Position numbers and translations under genes: made by a program
Source of the DNA: an uncultured Clostridia bacterium
GTDB lineage: Bacteria; Bacillota; Clostridia; HGM11514
Assembly (NCBI GenBank): GCA_902478725.1
Contig: CABSMD010000002.1
Span: forward strand, 1-42,555
Length of the DNA: 42,555 nucleotides
Direction of reading: 5' to 3'
Notes under the pieces: model-generated
What the model was told of the DNA's origin: nothing
What the model saw: the letters and a program-made list of their open reading frames with translations, nothing else
Databases searched by the model: none
In this document: piece by piece, positions 35,028-42,555 of the stretch
Numbering within the stretch: position 1 is the first letter of the stretch
Layout of the letters: the number at the start of each line of letters is the position of its first letter

Positions 35028-36410
35028 ATGCAGAAAAAAGCACTTCGTTTTGCAAATATCTATAGCGACAATATGGTCATACAGCAGGGTGCGCCGATGA
35101 CTATTTGGGGATTTTCGGAGGGCGGTACGGTGACTGTGAGCCTTATGGACGGGAAGGAGCAGCTTTGTACCGCCTCCGACCGCACGAAGGACGGAAGGTG
35201 GAAGGTGGTCCTGCCGCCGATGGAGGTGGCGCGGGGGCTGACCTTGCAGGCCTCCTGCGGCGGGGAAACCGTCCGCTGTGAAAACGTGGCCGTCGGCGAG
35301 GTTTGGGTCTGCTCCGGACAATCCAACATGGAGTGCGACTTCCGTTATTGCTCTGGGACCGAGGCGTATTTGGAGGAATGCGGCCGATACGATGTGCGGT
35401 TTATGGATGTGGAGCAGGCCATCCGGTTTGAAAGGCAGGAGGAAGCGGTCAGCTCACGCTGGATATTAATGAACCGCGAGACCGTCATGCCGGTGGGGGT
35501 CGCGGCTTATATCTTTGGGCATTGCCTTGCCAAAGAGCTTGACGTACCCGTCGGCCTGATCCGTGACTACCGCAGCGGCAACTCGATCATCACCTTCCTG
35601 TCAGAGGAACGGATGCGCGCAAGAGCAGAATACGCACCATTTGTCGAACAGTTTTTGGCGGAAAAGAAGGAAACCAAGAGCGCGTGGTCCATGATCCCGT
35701 GCGCGATCTATAACGCAATGACCGCCCCGCTTGAGGTGCTTCGGGTGCGGGGTGTGTATTGGTACCAGGGAGAGAGCGACGCGGCCTTTGACAGGCCCGG
35801 TTATTACCCGCAAATGCTTGATGACCTGGTAGACCAGTGGCGCTGTGCGTTTTGCGATCCAAAGCTGCCGGTTCTGCTGGTACAGCTCCCGCCCTTTGGA
35901 GATGACCCGTTTGATTATAAAACGGTGCGTCAGACCCAGTTTTCCCTGGCGCGGCGGGATGAGAACATACACCTGGTTGTAACCGCCGACCTGGGACCAA
36001 CCGGGGAGGAGGGCGAGTCCGCCATCCATCCCATGTACAAAAACCCGGTTGGCGAGCGCGCCGCCCGCGCCGCGTGCGCGGAGGTCTATCAAGTGCCGGA
36101 TAGCGGCGAATGGGGCGGGCCGCTGTTTGAATGGGCGGAAGTTTCGGGAGACAAAACCATCCTCCACTTTTCCCATGTAGGGGAGGGGCTGTGCTCCGAC
36201 GGCCCCTTACGCGGCTTTGAATTCAGCCGCGACGGCGCCTATTTTGCCCCGGCAAACGCGGTCATCACGGGCAGATCGACAGTAGAGCTTGACGGAGCCG
36301 CAAAAATCATCCGTTATTGCTTCATTAACATAACTGAAGACCGTACCCTGGGAGGAAATCTGACCAACGAAACAGGAGTTCCTGCCTCCCCGTTTGTAGA
36401 AATATTGTAA
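35028..36410 (+). CDS. SASA-family (sialate O-acetylesterase-like, SGNH-type) carbohydrate esterase
   Basis: 460 aa. The motifs FANIYSDNMVIQQ and GEVWVCSGQSNME (catalytic GQSNM) plus VYWYQGESD identify the family. No signal peptide is evident. The ATG lies 1 nt after the stop of the preceding beta-helix gene. Confidence 0.85.
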   Translation: MQKKALRFANIYSDNMVIQQGAPMTIWGFSEGGTVTVSLMDGKEQLCTASDRTKDGRWKVVLPPMEVARGLTLQASCGGETVRCENVAVGEVWVCSGQSNMECDFRYCSGTEAYLEECGRYDVRFMDVEQAIRFERQEEAVSSRWILMNRETVMPVGVAAYIFGHCLAKELDVPVGLIRDYRSGNSIITFLSEERMRARAEYAPFVEQFLAEKKETKSAWSMIPCAIYNAMTAPLEVLRVRGVYWYQGESDAAFDRPGYYPQMLDDLVDQWRCAFCDPKLPVLLVQLPPFGDDPFDYKTVRQTQFSLARRDENIHLVVTADLGPTGEEGESAIHPMYKNPVGERAARAACAEVYQVPDSGEWGGPLFEWAEVSGDKTILHFSHVGEGLCSDGPLRGFEFSRDGAYFAPANAVITGRSTVELDGAAKIIRYCFINITEDRTLGGNLTNETGVPASPFVEIL

Positions 36411-36424
36411 CAGAACAACCTCAG

Positions 36425-36459
36425 GCGCGCCACAGAGTGTACTCTGTGGCGCGCTTTTT
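36425..36459. terminator. Bidirectional Rho-independent terminator
   Basis: GCGCGCCACAGAGT-GT-ACTCTGTGGCGCGC followed by TTTTTG. It sits between convergent genes. Confidence 0.85.
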
Positions 36460-36470
36460 GATGCCTGGTA

Positions 36471-38891
36471 TCATGTATCCGCCCTTTGGTTATCAGATGA
36501 TTTCCGGTACATCGCCAATACCAGCCTGCCAGTCACATGTCGCATTTCACAGCAGTTCCCCATCCATTGTGGCTCAACGGGGTCGGTGACGTAATAGATT
36601 CCATCCGGCGGGTTTAGCGTGATTTGACAGTTCCCGATGGCGTAAGCCTCGGGATAGAAACGCACCGTGGCATCCTGAAGGCCGGTCACCTCGAGCCGGC
36701 GGCGGGTATCGTATTCGGTTGGGGGTATTTCGCGGCAGGAAAGCAAGGTATCCTCCTGTTGTTCTACAAATACCCGGCATTCCCGATGCTCCGCACGGGG
36801 GAGGCGGTAGGAAGAATAGCCGTTTTGCAGAACCGTTTCATATCCAAGCAGAAGCGGCGCGCCCTGCGGCAACTTGAAACGGATACCAACTGTGGTGGAC
36901 GGCAGATAGGATGAGAAGAAAAAGCCGTTGTCGCTCCGGTTTATCATAATAACTGGGGATTGGACCGCCGCAGATGGCTTGGACAGCCGGATGGAGAATC
37001 CGAATGATTCTAAAACGATACGAAGCAGGTCTTCGCCGTGTATATAATGCTTCGGGTCATGCGGCGTAAGGAGTCGTTTTCCCTTTCGATAGGAGCTGCC
37101 CAGCGGCGCGCGGAACCAGCCGACATGGTTTCCGAACGTACCCAAAACCCGTCCCGCGGCGGTACAGACCGCACGGACAGGGGCGTTTTTATCCGCTGCA
37201 ACGGTGTTCAGCTTTCCCGCACAGGAAAAAGAATCAAAGTGAATTTTTTGAGGATATTGTGTGTCCATGTAATTGTCCCTGAGGCGGCCTGATTCCATCA
37301 GAAGGTCTCCGTCCACCCCTTCCGACAGCTTCAGGTTGACAAGCCGTAAAAAACGTTCGCTGGCCCGTTGTACACCGCCGTAAAACAGCACCTGCCCGCC
37401 GCATTTGGCATACCGGATGATTTCATTCTCGTAGCGGCTTCCCGCTTCTGGTATGGGGGACAGCAGGATGCTTTCGCTATACATTTTTTTATCTGTTTTT
37501 ATAAAATTGTCTGTCGACACTACGGCACTGACCGACACGGAATGATTGATCGCCCCGCAGATGAACCAGTCGTTGGAGAACATTTCGTGCAAAACGGCCG
37601 CGTCCACCGCTGTGGCGTATTCGCGGAACGGATATACCCAGGTAATTGGCGCGGGTGCATCCGGCGCATCCTTATAGGCTTTTTGGATATGTGGAATCGG
37701 CTCGTTTACGCAGGTGTCCGGCATACCGCCCCAGCTGTTATCAATGGATAGCAGCGACAGATGGGTAGGCTTTTGGGTTTTGCCGTTTTCGTCGATCCTT
37801 CCCAGCGCCATCGGCAGGTAGATATCATGCGGCTGCCCTTCATAGCGGTCGTACCACGGGCTGTTGACCCACCAGGGATCGTGAAGGTAATAACGGAACA
37901 AAAAGGAATCCTCCGGCAGTTCCGCGGTGCGTGTCATATGCCCCATGAGTTCCAGACCGAAATTACCGTCAATTGCCGCCCAGGGAGAATTGGGAGGAGG
38001 CAGCAGATTGAGCCCGGCATGATAGAGGTCGAAAAGAGGCACCGCATCGGTCGCGTAATCGATACCGAGTGAAAAATTGGTACCGCGTGTTTCCACAGGA
38101 TAATCCGGGCATTCGTTTCGGAACAGCTCCCAGAACCGGAACACCTGCCCGCGTACCTGTCTCAGGCGTTCGGGATAAAAGCGTTCCCCATCAAACACCG
38201 CCCCCTTGGATTCCCACGGTTCTGCAGAAAAACCGACCCCATTGGAAAGCCACAGATAGTCAAATCCCATATCATGCAAAAAGAGGTTGGCCTGCCTACC
38301 CAGAAATGTTCCAAACGGCGTACCATCGGGAATACCGTTTGGAAAGCCGGCGTACGGATAGTCGTCCCCCTGTAATGTTCCGTTGCTGTCAATAAAGCAT
38401 TTTGCGCCCATTGCCGTTCCGCGCAGAAGCTCAGTGTGCCTTTCGTACTTAAAAGATGATTTGGCAAACTCCGGACCGATATCGAAGGTTTCCCCCACCC
38501 GTATTTTTTTGCCGTCTAACCGTTCCGCCCCCACCTTTTTCAGCGTGGAGACAATGGCTTTTAAAATACCGTAGGTCATCTGTGGGGGATTGTCCATGTA
38601 AAGCCGTCCGCAGGAGTGCAGGGATTTTCCCTGCGGATCCCAGGGCAGGCTTTCGGGAGGATTGGCGATCCCAACGTATTGACACCACGCAAAGGAATCG
38701 TCCAGCTTTCCCTTGTAATCCAGAATTTCACTGCCGTCCGCCGTCCACAAAAGTACGGATACGGTTTCGGCGTCCTTCACCAGCGGTTTCCATTGTTCGA
38801 ACACCCTGCGGCAGACCTTTTCAATATAGGCAGTGTCGGTCTGTTGAAAGGGCTTTAGACTCATTTCAAGCGTAATATTGCGAAACATCAT
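36471..38891 (-). CDS. Large cytoplasmic protein of unknown function (a GH42/GH112-like glycosidase or phosphorylase layout is only a guess)
   Basis: 806 aa with no signal peptide. I recognised no family motif with confidence. Two segments (LFLHDMGFDYLWLSNGVGFS and AKCGGQVLFYGG) faintly recall a TIM-barrel plus GATase-like middle domain. Its ATG overlaps the upstream gene's stop (ATGA). Confidence 0.7.
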   Translation of the reverse strand: MMFRNITLEMSLKPFQQTDTAYIEKVCRRVFEQWKPLVKDAETVSVLLWTADGSEILDYKGKLDDSFAWCQYVGIANPPESLPWDPQGKSLHSCGRLYMDNPPQMTYGILKAIVSTLKKVGAERLDGKKIRVGETFDIGPEFAKSSFKYERHTELLRGTAMGAKCFIDSNGTLQGDDYPYAGFPNGIPDGTPFGTFLGRQANLFLHDMGFDYLWLSNGVGFSAEPWESKGAVFDGERFYPERLRQVRGQVFRFWELFRNECPDYPVETRGTNFSLGIDYATDAVPLFDLYHAGLNLLPPPNSPWAAIDGNFGLELMGHMTRTAELPEDSFLFRYYLHDPWWVNSPWYDRYEGQPHDIYLPMALGRIDENGKTQKPTHLSLLSIDNSWGGMPDTCVNEPIPHIQKAYKDAPDAPAPITWVYPFREYATAVDAAVLHEMFSNDWFICGAINHSVSVSAVVSTDNFIKTDKKMYSESILLSPIPEAGSRYENEIIRYAKCGGQVLFYGGVQRASERFLRLVNLKLSEGVDGDLLMESGRLRDNYMDTQYPQKIHFDSFSCAGKLNTVAADKNAPVRAVCTAAGRVLGTFGNHVGWFRAPLGSSYRKGKRLLTPHDPKHYIHGEDLLRIVLESFGFSIRLSKPSAAVQSPVIMINRSDNGFFFSSYLPSTTVGIRFKLPQGAPLLLGYETVLQNGYSSYRLPRAEHRECRVFVEQQEDTLLSCREIPPTEYDTRRRLEVTGLQDATVRFYPEAYAIGNCQITLNPPDGIYYVTDPVEPQWMGNCCEMRHVTGRLVLAMYRKSSDNQRADT

Positions 38892-40345
38892 TTTTCTCCT
38901 TTCCCGATAATGACGGATTCGATTCCCAGAACGGTCGCAATTTTTTGGATCGTTCCTGCGTGGTGCCCCACGCCCAGGGCAAAGTGATGGGTAGGCCCTT
39001 CCATGACCCAGCTTTTTACAAAGTCTTTGGTGTTGGGATAGAAAAAGCCACGCGTATTGGTGTTTCCGGTCGGGGGTACGGGTCCCTTTTTGGATTCTCC
39101 CTCGCCGATGACAAACTTCAACCGTCCTCCGGCTGTTTGGGTAAGTCCGAGCATGGTTATCGGCCCTTCCTTAATTTTAAACTCGACTGACGCGCCGCCG
39201 CCCGGTTTGCCGTGGTACTTGGTCAGGCTACGAAGGATCGGCTTTCCATCCGCGATACGCAGATGGTGCGGCCCGTCGTGGCCGACCAGAATGAAATTTT
39301 CATCAAAATCAAACGGGTGGAATTCGGCAAAACTGCCGCCGATATCAAGCTGATCCAGAATGAACATCGCAATGCAGGTTTTTAGGTCAAACTCACCGCA
39401 CATTGGGATTCCCTGCGCGTTTAGGATAGAATTGCCGACAATCAGGGTGGAGGCGACCTGCCTTTGCAGGGAGCCCTCGGTACCCTCATAATAGTAGGCG
39501 AGACCATCAAGACGGTTTGACGCGACGAACCTGTCAAGGGCTGCTGCGGATTTTGCCGCCTGATGCAAATCCTCCCCAGTCAGCTTGCGCGTGACAGGAT
39601 CGGATACGGGTCCGGGCATATCGAACTCCCGTTCAATCAGCTTGATTTTTTGGATGGTTTCCTGCTCCGTTACAGCCCGGTAGCAGGACAGGAGGCCGTC
39701 GATCTCCAAAAGCGGGATATGCACCCCAAATGCCGCAGCAATTGCTGTTGGGTCGGTGTGCATGTCATACATCGATTCCAAAACATGCCCCATGAGTCCA
39801 AACCGGGCTCCTTTGAGGCCATGCAGCACCTTAGCAATTTCACACCATTCCTCCACCTCGTGCCGCGTTGGCTCGTCTTGATATAACGAGCCGATGATCA
39901 CATCGTTCACCCGCCTGCCCATGCGCACAGCTACGCCGGTAAACTCCGGCACAGAACAGATGTTGTCATTTTCTAGTTGCATCCGGGTGCTTGCCTGTGT
40001 ATAGTCCATGGCGCGGCGCGGCTGCAAGGCCGCCAATACAACGGGCAGAGCGGTTTCATGAAGGATCGGGGCGAAGACCGATGAAGTCGCATAGGTCACC
40101 ATATTGCAAAACAGCAGGTCGACCGACGACGCCTGTATTTTTTTAGCTATGGCAAAGGCTACTTCACTGGAATCGACCATTCCGAAATCGACTACCTCTA
40201 CCTGAGTTTGCTCCACCATCCGGCAAAAATCATGATGAAAACCTATCAGGGTGTCCAGCAATCCTTCGAATTGTTCCCAATAGGTTGCGTGCCCAACCGC
40301 AAATATACCGACGCGGGCGGTTCTTTGTTTTTTTCTGTCTATCAT
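38888..40345 (-). CDS. L-fucose/L-arabinose isomerase-family sugar isomerase
   Basis: I trimmed the ORF to the ATG at 40343-40345, which follows an AAAGGAGG SD. The 485-aa product begins ARVGIFAVGHATYWEQFEGL.. and ends ..GPTHHFALGVGHHAGTIQKIATVLGIE. Both ends fit the FucI/AraA-like family pattern. Confidence 0.75.
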   Translation of the reverse strand: MIDRKKQRTARVGIFAVGHATYWEQFEGLLDTLIGFHHDFCRMVEQTQVEVVDFGMVDSSEVAFAIAKKIQASSVDLLFCNMVTYATSSVFAPILHETALPVVLAALQPRRAMDYTQASTRMQLENDNICSVPEFTGVAVRMGRRVNDVIIGSLYQDEPTRHEVEEWCEIAKVLHGLKGARFGLMGHVLESMYDMHTDPTAIAAAFGVHIPLLEIDGLLSCYRAVTEQETIQKIKLIEREFDMPGPVSDPVTRKLTGEDLHQAAKSAAALDRFVASNRLDGLAYYYEGTEGSLQRQVASTLIVGNSILNAQGIPMCGEFDLKTCIAMFILDQLDIGGSFAEFHPFDFDENFILVGHDGPHHLRIADGKPILRSLTKYHGKPGGGASVEFKIKEGPITMLGLTQTAGGRLKFVIGEGESKKGPVPPTGNTNTRGFFYPNTKDFVKSWVMEGPTHHFALGVGHHAGTIQKIATVLGIESVIIGKGEK

Positions 40346-40365
40346 ACGGTATACCTCCTTTCCCC

Positions 40366-40393
40366 TTGATTTTAACAGATTGTATGATATAAT
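40366..40393 (+). promoter_or_regulatory. Candidate extended -10 promoter for the divergent AraC gene
   Basis: TTGATT (40366-40371), a 16-nt spacer, then TGATATAAT with the -10 element at 40388-40393. It lies in the 102-nt divergent intergenic region. Confidence 0.5.
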
Positions 40394-40447
40394 CAATGTA
40401 TTATCCAAACTTGAATTTGTCTAAAATAAACCTAGGTGGTGGAAAGG

Positions 40448-41281
40448 ATGCTGTCGATTCAGGAGGTTTGTCCGTTCGTTCGCTATTCACGCATGATCGA
40501 TACAGATATGAAAAAGTTTCTGTTTCCGATCTGTGCATACGACCATCGACTGTTTTACTGCATGGAAGGGTTTGGCCAGATGGATATCGGGGACGCGCGG
40601 TACCCGGTTAAGCCAGGGACTTTGTTGTTATTCGTCTCCGGGATCACCTACCGGTATCATCCAGATGAACTGGAGCCGATGCGCTTGCTAGGACTCAATT
40701 TTGATTATACCCGGGCGGCGGAAGACAAGAGCGTGCCGATTCCACCTGTGGAGGCAGAGAGGTTTGATCCGGAGGCAATGATTGAAAAGGTGCAATTTTT
40801 AGATTTGTCTATTTTCAATGCGCCGCTAATCCGGCATGACATGTGGGAAGTGAGGGAAAGACTCCTGGCAATCAACCAGGCGTTTTTACAGAGAAGGAGG
40901 TTCTTTGAGCTGCGTTGCAGTGGACTGTTGGCAAACCTTTTGGCGGATATCGCGGCGGACGACGGGGGACAGGCACCCAACAAGGTTAGCCAGATGCTTG
41001 CATTTATAGGGGAGCATTACAACCGACCGCTGTCCAATCGTGAGATCGGCACGACCTTCGGATATCATCCCAATTATATCAATCGCCTGTTTTTGCAGCA
41101 TACCGGTATGTCTCTGCACCGCTATCTCCTGCACTACCGCATTCAGCAGGCCATCCGCCTGCTGCTGGACACCGACCTGTCGGTATCCGAAATCTGTTAC
41201 CGCTGCGGATTTCATGATCTTGCGCACTTCTCGAAATATTTTAAGAAAGAGACTGGGCGTAGTCCATCGACATTCCGGTAG
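40448..41281 (+). CDS. AraC-family transcriptional regulator
   Basis: I trimmed the ORF to the ATG at 40448. The 277-aa product has a cupin-like N-terminus (FYCMEGFGQMDIGDARYPVKPGTLLLF) and a C-terminal HTH_AraC (NREIGTTFGYHPNYINRLFLQHTGMSLHRYL...CGFHDLAHFSKYFKKETGRSPSTFR). It is divergent from the isomerase operon. Confidence 0.85.
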   Translation: MLSIQEVCPFVRYSRMIDTDMKKFLFPICAYDHRLFYCMEGFGQMDIGDARYPVKPGTLLLFVSGITYRYHPDELEPMRLLGLNFDYTRAAEDKSVPIPPVEAERFDPEAMIEKVQFLDLSIFNAPLIRHDMWEVRERLLAINQAFLQRRRFFELRCSGLLANLLADIAADDGGQAPNKVSQMLAFIGEHYNRPLSNREIGTTFGYHPNYINRLFLQHTGMSLHRYLLHYRIQQAIRLLLDTDLSVSEICYRCGFHDLAHFSKYFKKETGRSPSTFR

Positions 41282-41414
41282 CAGTGATTTATTTATATTT
41301 TACTTTTTTACTTCTTCACTACAATCGTCCGTATCCAATAATGCAAATATTTCTCTTGGTTTTAGCACTTTTTGGTTGTCAGTCGTACTATATTTTTTGC
41401 ATTTTTCAGTAAAA

Positions 41415-41455
41415 AAGGAGTTGGTCTATGCCAACTTCTTTTCTATGTATTTTTT
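41415..41455 (+). terminator. Candidate terminator in the AT-rich spacer
   Basis: AAGGAGTTGG-TCTATG-CCAACTTCTT, a 10-bp stem with one G-U pair, followed by TTCTATGTATTTTTTT. Confidence 0.4.
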
Positions 41456-41568
41456 TAGCCAAAATATCTCTTCAATCATTCGGCTGATGACGGTCCGAGC
41501 GAGGGTGCCAGCTATGCAAATAATTTTTGACAGAAATGGTACAATAACATTGAAAGGAGTTGACGAGA

Positions 41569-42414
41569 ATGAAAATAATAACCAACGCTCTTATTGAAAG
41601 CTTTCAAAGATACTTGGTCAGTGAGGAGAAATCATCGGCAACATTGGAAAAGTATTCCCGTGACATTAAGGTGTTTTCGGCTTGGCTCGGAGGGAGGGAG
41701 TTGGACAAGGAGCTTGTCTTATGTTATAAGCAGCATTTAACGAAAAAGTATTCTCCTGCAAGCGTCAATTCAACGCTATCATCCATCAATAGCTTTTTCA
41801 CTTACACGGGATGGTTTGATCTCAAGGTGAAAACGCTAAAAATGCAAAGAAGGTTATTTTGTCCATCAGAAAAGGAATTGACGAAGGAAGAATATAAAAG
41901 GTTGTTGGATGCAGCACGGCAAAAGGGGAACAAACGGTTGTATTACATCATGCAGACGATTTGTGCCACCGGCATTCGAATATCGGAACTGAAATTTATA
42001 AATACAGAAGCTGTGCGGTGTGGTCGGGCCACGATAAACTGTAAAGGTAAATGGCGCGTTGTCATTTTACCAAAGGCATTGTGCGATCTGTTGAAGGGAT
42101 ATAGCAAGGAACAGCACATAACAAACGGCTGTTTGTTTATAACGAAAAATAGCAGGCCGGTTGACCGCAGCAATATCTGGGTGGATATGAAAAAGCTGTG
42201 TGAATCCGCAGGTGTCCCTGAATCAAAGGTTTTTCCGCATAATCTTCGCCACTTATTTGCCAGAACTTATTACTCTTTACAGAAGGATATTGTAAGGCTC
42301 GCCGATATACTCGGACACAGCAGTGTGAACACTACCCGTATTTATACAGTAGAAAGCGGCGAGGTGCACAGACAACAGATACAAAGGCTTGGGCTTGTAT
42401 CTGTCAGAGTATAA
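41569..42414 (+). CDS. Tyrosine site-specific recombinase/integrase (XerC/XerD-like)
   Basis: I trimmed the ORF to the ATG at 41569, which follows an AAAGGAG SD. The 281-aa product has an N-terminal SAM-like core-binding domain. The catalytic signature is ATGIRISEL (Arg), HNLRHLFA (His-x-x-Arg) and LGHSSVNTTRIYT (His..Tyr). By a 60-nt spot count the gene GC is about 42%, against about 57% for the window. Confidence 0.9.
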   Translation: MKIITNALIESFQRYLVSEEKSSATLEKYSRDIKVFSAWLGGRELDKELVLCYKQHLTKKYSPASVNSTLSSINSFFTYTGWFDLKVKTLKMQRRLFCPSEKELTKEEYKRLLDAARQKGNKRLYYIMQTICATGIRISELKFINTEAVRCGRATINCKGKWRVVILPKALCDLLKGYSKEQHITNGCLFITKNSRPVDRSNIWVDMKKLCESAGVPESKVFPHNLRHLFARTYYSLQKDIVRLADILGHSSVNTTRIYTVESGEVHRQQIQRLGLVSVRV

Positions 42415-42515
42415 AAAAACAACATAATCTGCATTATGTTGTTAAAAATTAAAATATAAGTACATATCCCTTTTAGAATCTATTTTATTTATAGCACTAA
42501 GTATGTGCCTTGTCA

Positions 42516-42555
42516 CTGTCTCTTATACACATCTGACGCTGCCGACGAAGAGGAT
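42516..42555 (+). other. Illumina Nextera adapter read-through (technical artefact, not genomic)
   Basis: An exact match to CTGTCTCTTATACACATCTGACGCTGCCGACGA (42516-42548). It is followed by AGAGGAT, the first 7 nt of the reverse complement of i5 index 503 (TATCCTCT). Confidence 0.93.

Larger units (their letters stand above)
41282..42515. mobile_element. Possible edge of an integrative/mobile or invertible element, truncated by the contig end
   Basis: The GC content drops abruptly here. A 278-nt AT-rich non-coding spacer precedes the tyrosine recombinase gene. A weak AT-rich inverted repeat flanks the gene (41293-41310 versus 42443-42459). The genomic sequence stops at 42515. Confidence 0.35.

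Noticed and set aside
41428-41487. A 19-codon mini-ORF (MPTSFLCIFLAKISLQSFG) with an AAGGAG SD in the AT-rich spacer before the recombinase gene.
   Set aside because: The SD and start codon are the left arm and loop of the hairpin I interpret as a terminator. It is too short and compositionally unremarkable to support without conservation or Ribo-seq data.
1-42555. A search for CRISPR arrays, rRNA genes, toxin-antitoxin pairs and known defence-system hallmarks (nucleases, ATPases, reverse transcriptases, methyltransferases).
   Set aside because: I saw no regularly spaced direct repeats, no rRNA-like sequence and no ORFs with such motifs. The only tandem or low-complexity repeats are protein-coding: the PE-rich tail, the Gly linker and the Ig-like repeats.

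Overview
This is a 42.5-kb, roughly 57% GC contig. It most likely comes from a spore-forming, Gram-positive Clostridia-type anaerobe, an inference from sigH, spoIIP, SLH domains, strong GGAGG Shine-Dalgarno (SD) sites and a CIRCE element. About 90% of the window is coding. Housekeeping and accessory genes are interleaved: three AraC regulators, sigH, tRNA-Gly(CCC), a copA Cu-ATPase, spoIIP, a Nudix-VanW/G5-ThuA operon, htpG, an EamA transporter and YgjV. The dominant feature is a Gram-positive polysaccharide-utilisation-like region at about 11.5-40.4 kb. It holds three divergent copies of one right-handed beta-helix module. Two of them are about 850-aa secreted proteins with copper-amine-oxidase-like C-termini, and one is a 2013-aa SLH-anchored protein. 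The region also contains secreted CBM-like proteins with no catalytic domain, an orphan solute-binding lipoprotein, and an operon of a Rossmann-like protein, an FAD oxidoreductase and a SASA esterase. An isomerase plus an unknown 806-aa protein form a further operon. No substrate can be assigned from sequence alone. The most notable observations are: (1) a 218-nt tract of about 99% identity between two otherwise diverged tandem paralogs, consistent with gene conversion; (2) an in-frame C-terminal CopZ-like domain on copA that keeps its own perfect SD and ATG; (3) a perfect CIRCE operator in front of htpG; (4) an AraC regulator whose C-terminal extension resembles a Mu/TnsB-type transposase barrel; (5) a lower-GC tyrosine-recombinase segment at the right end; and (6) an untrimmed Nextera adapter plus partial i5 index forming the last 40 nt. 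I saw no CRISPR array, rRNA or recognisable defence system. All family assignments come from motif recognition by eye and need HMM or structure searches.
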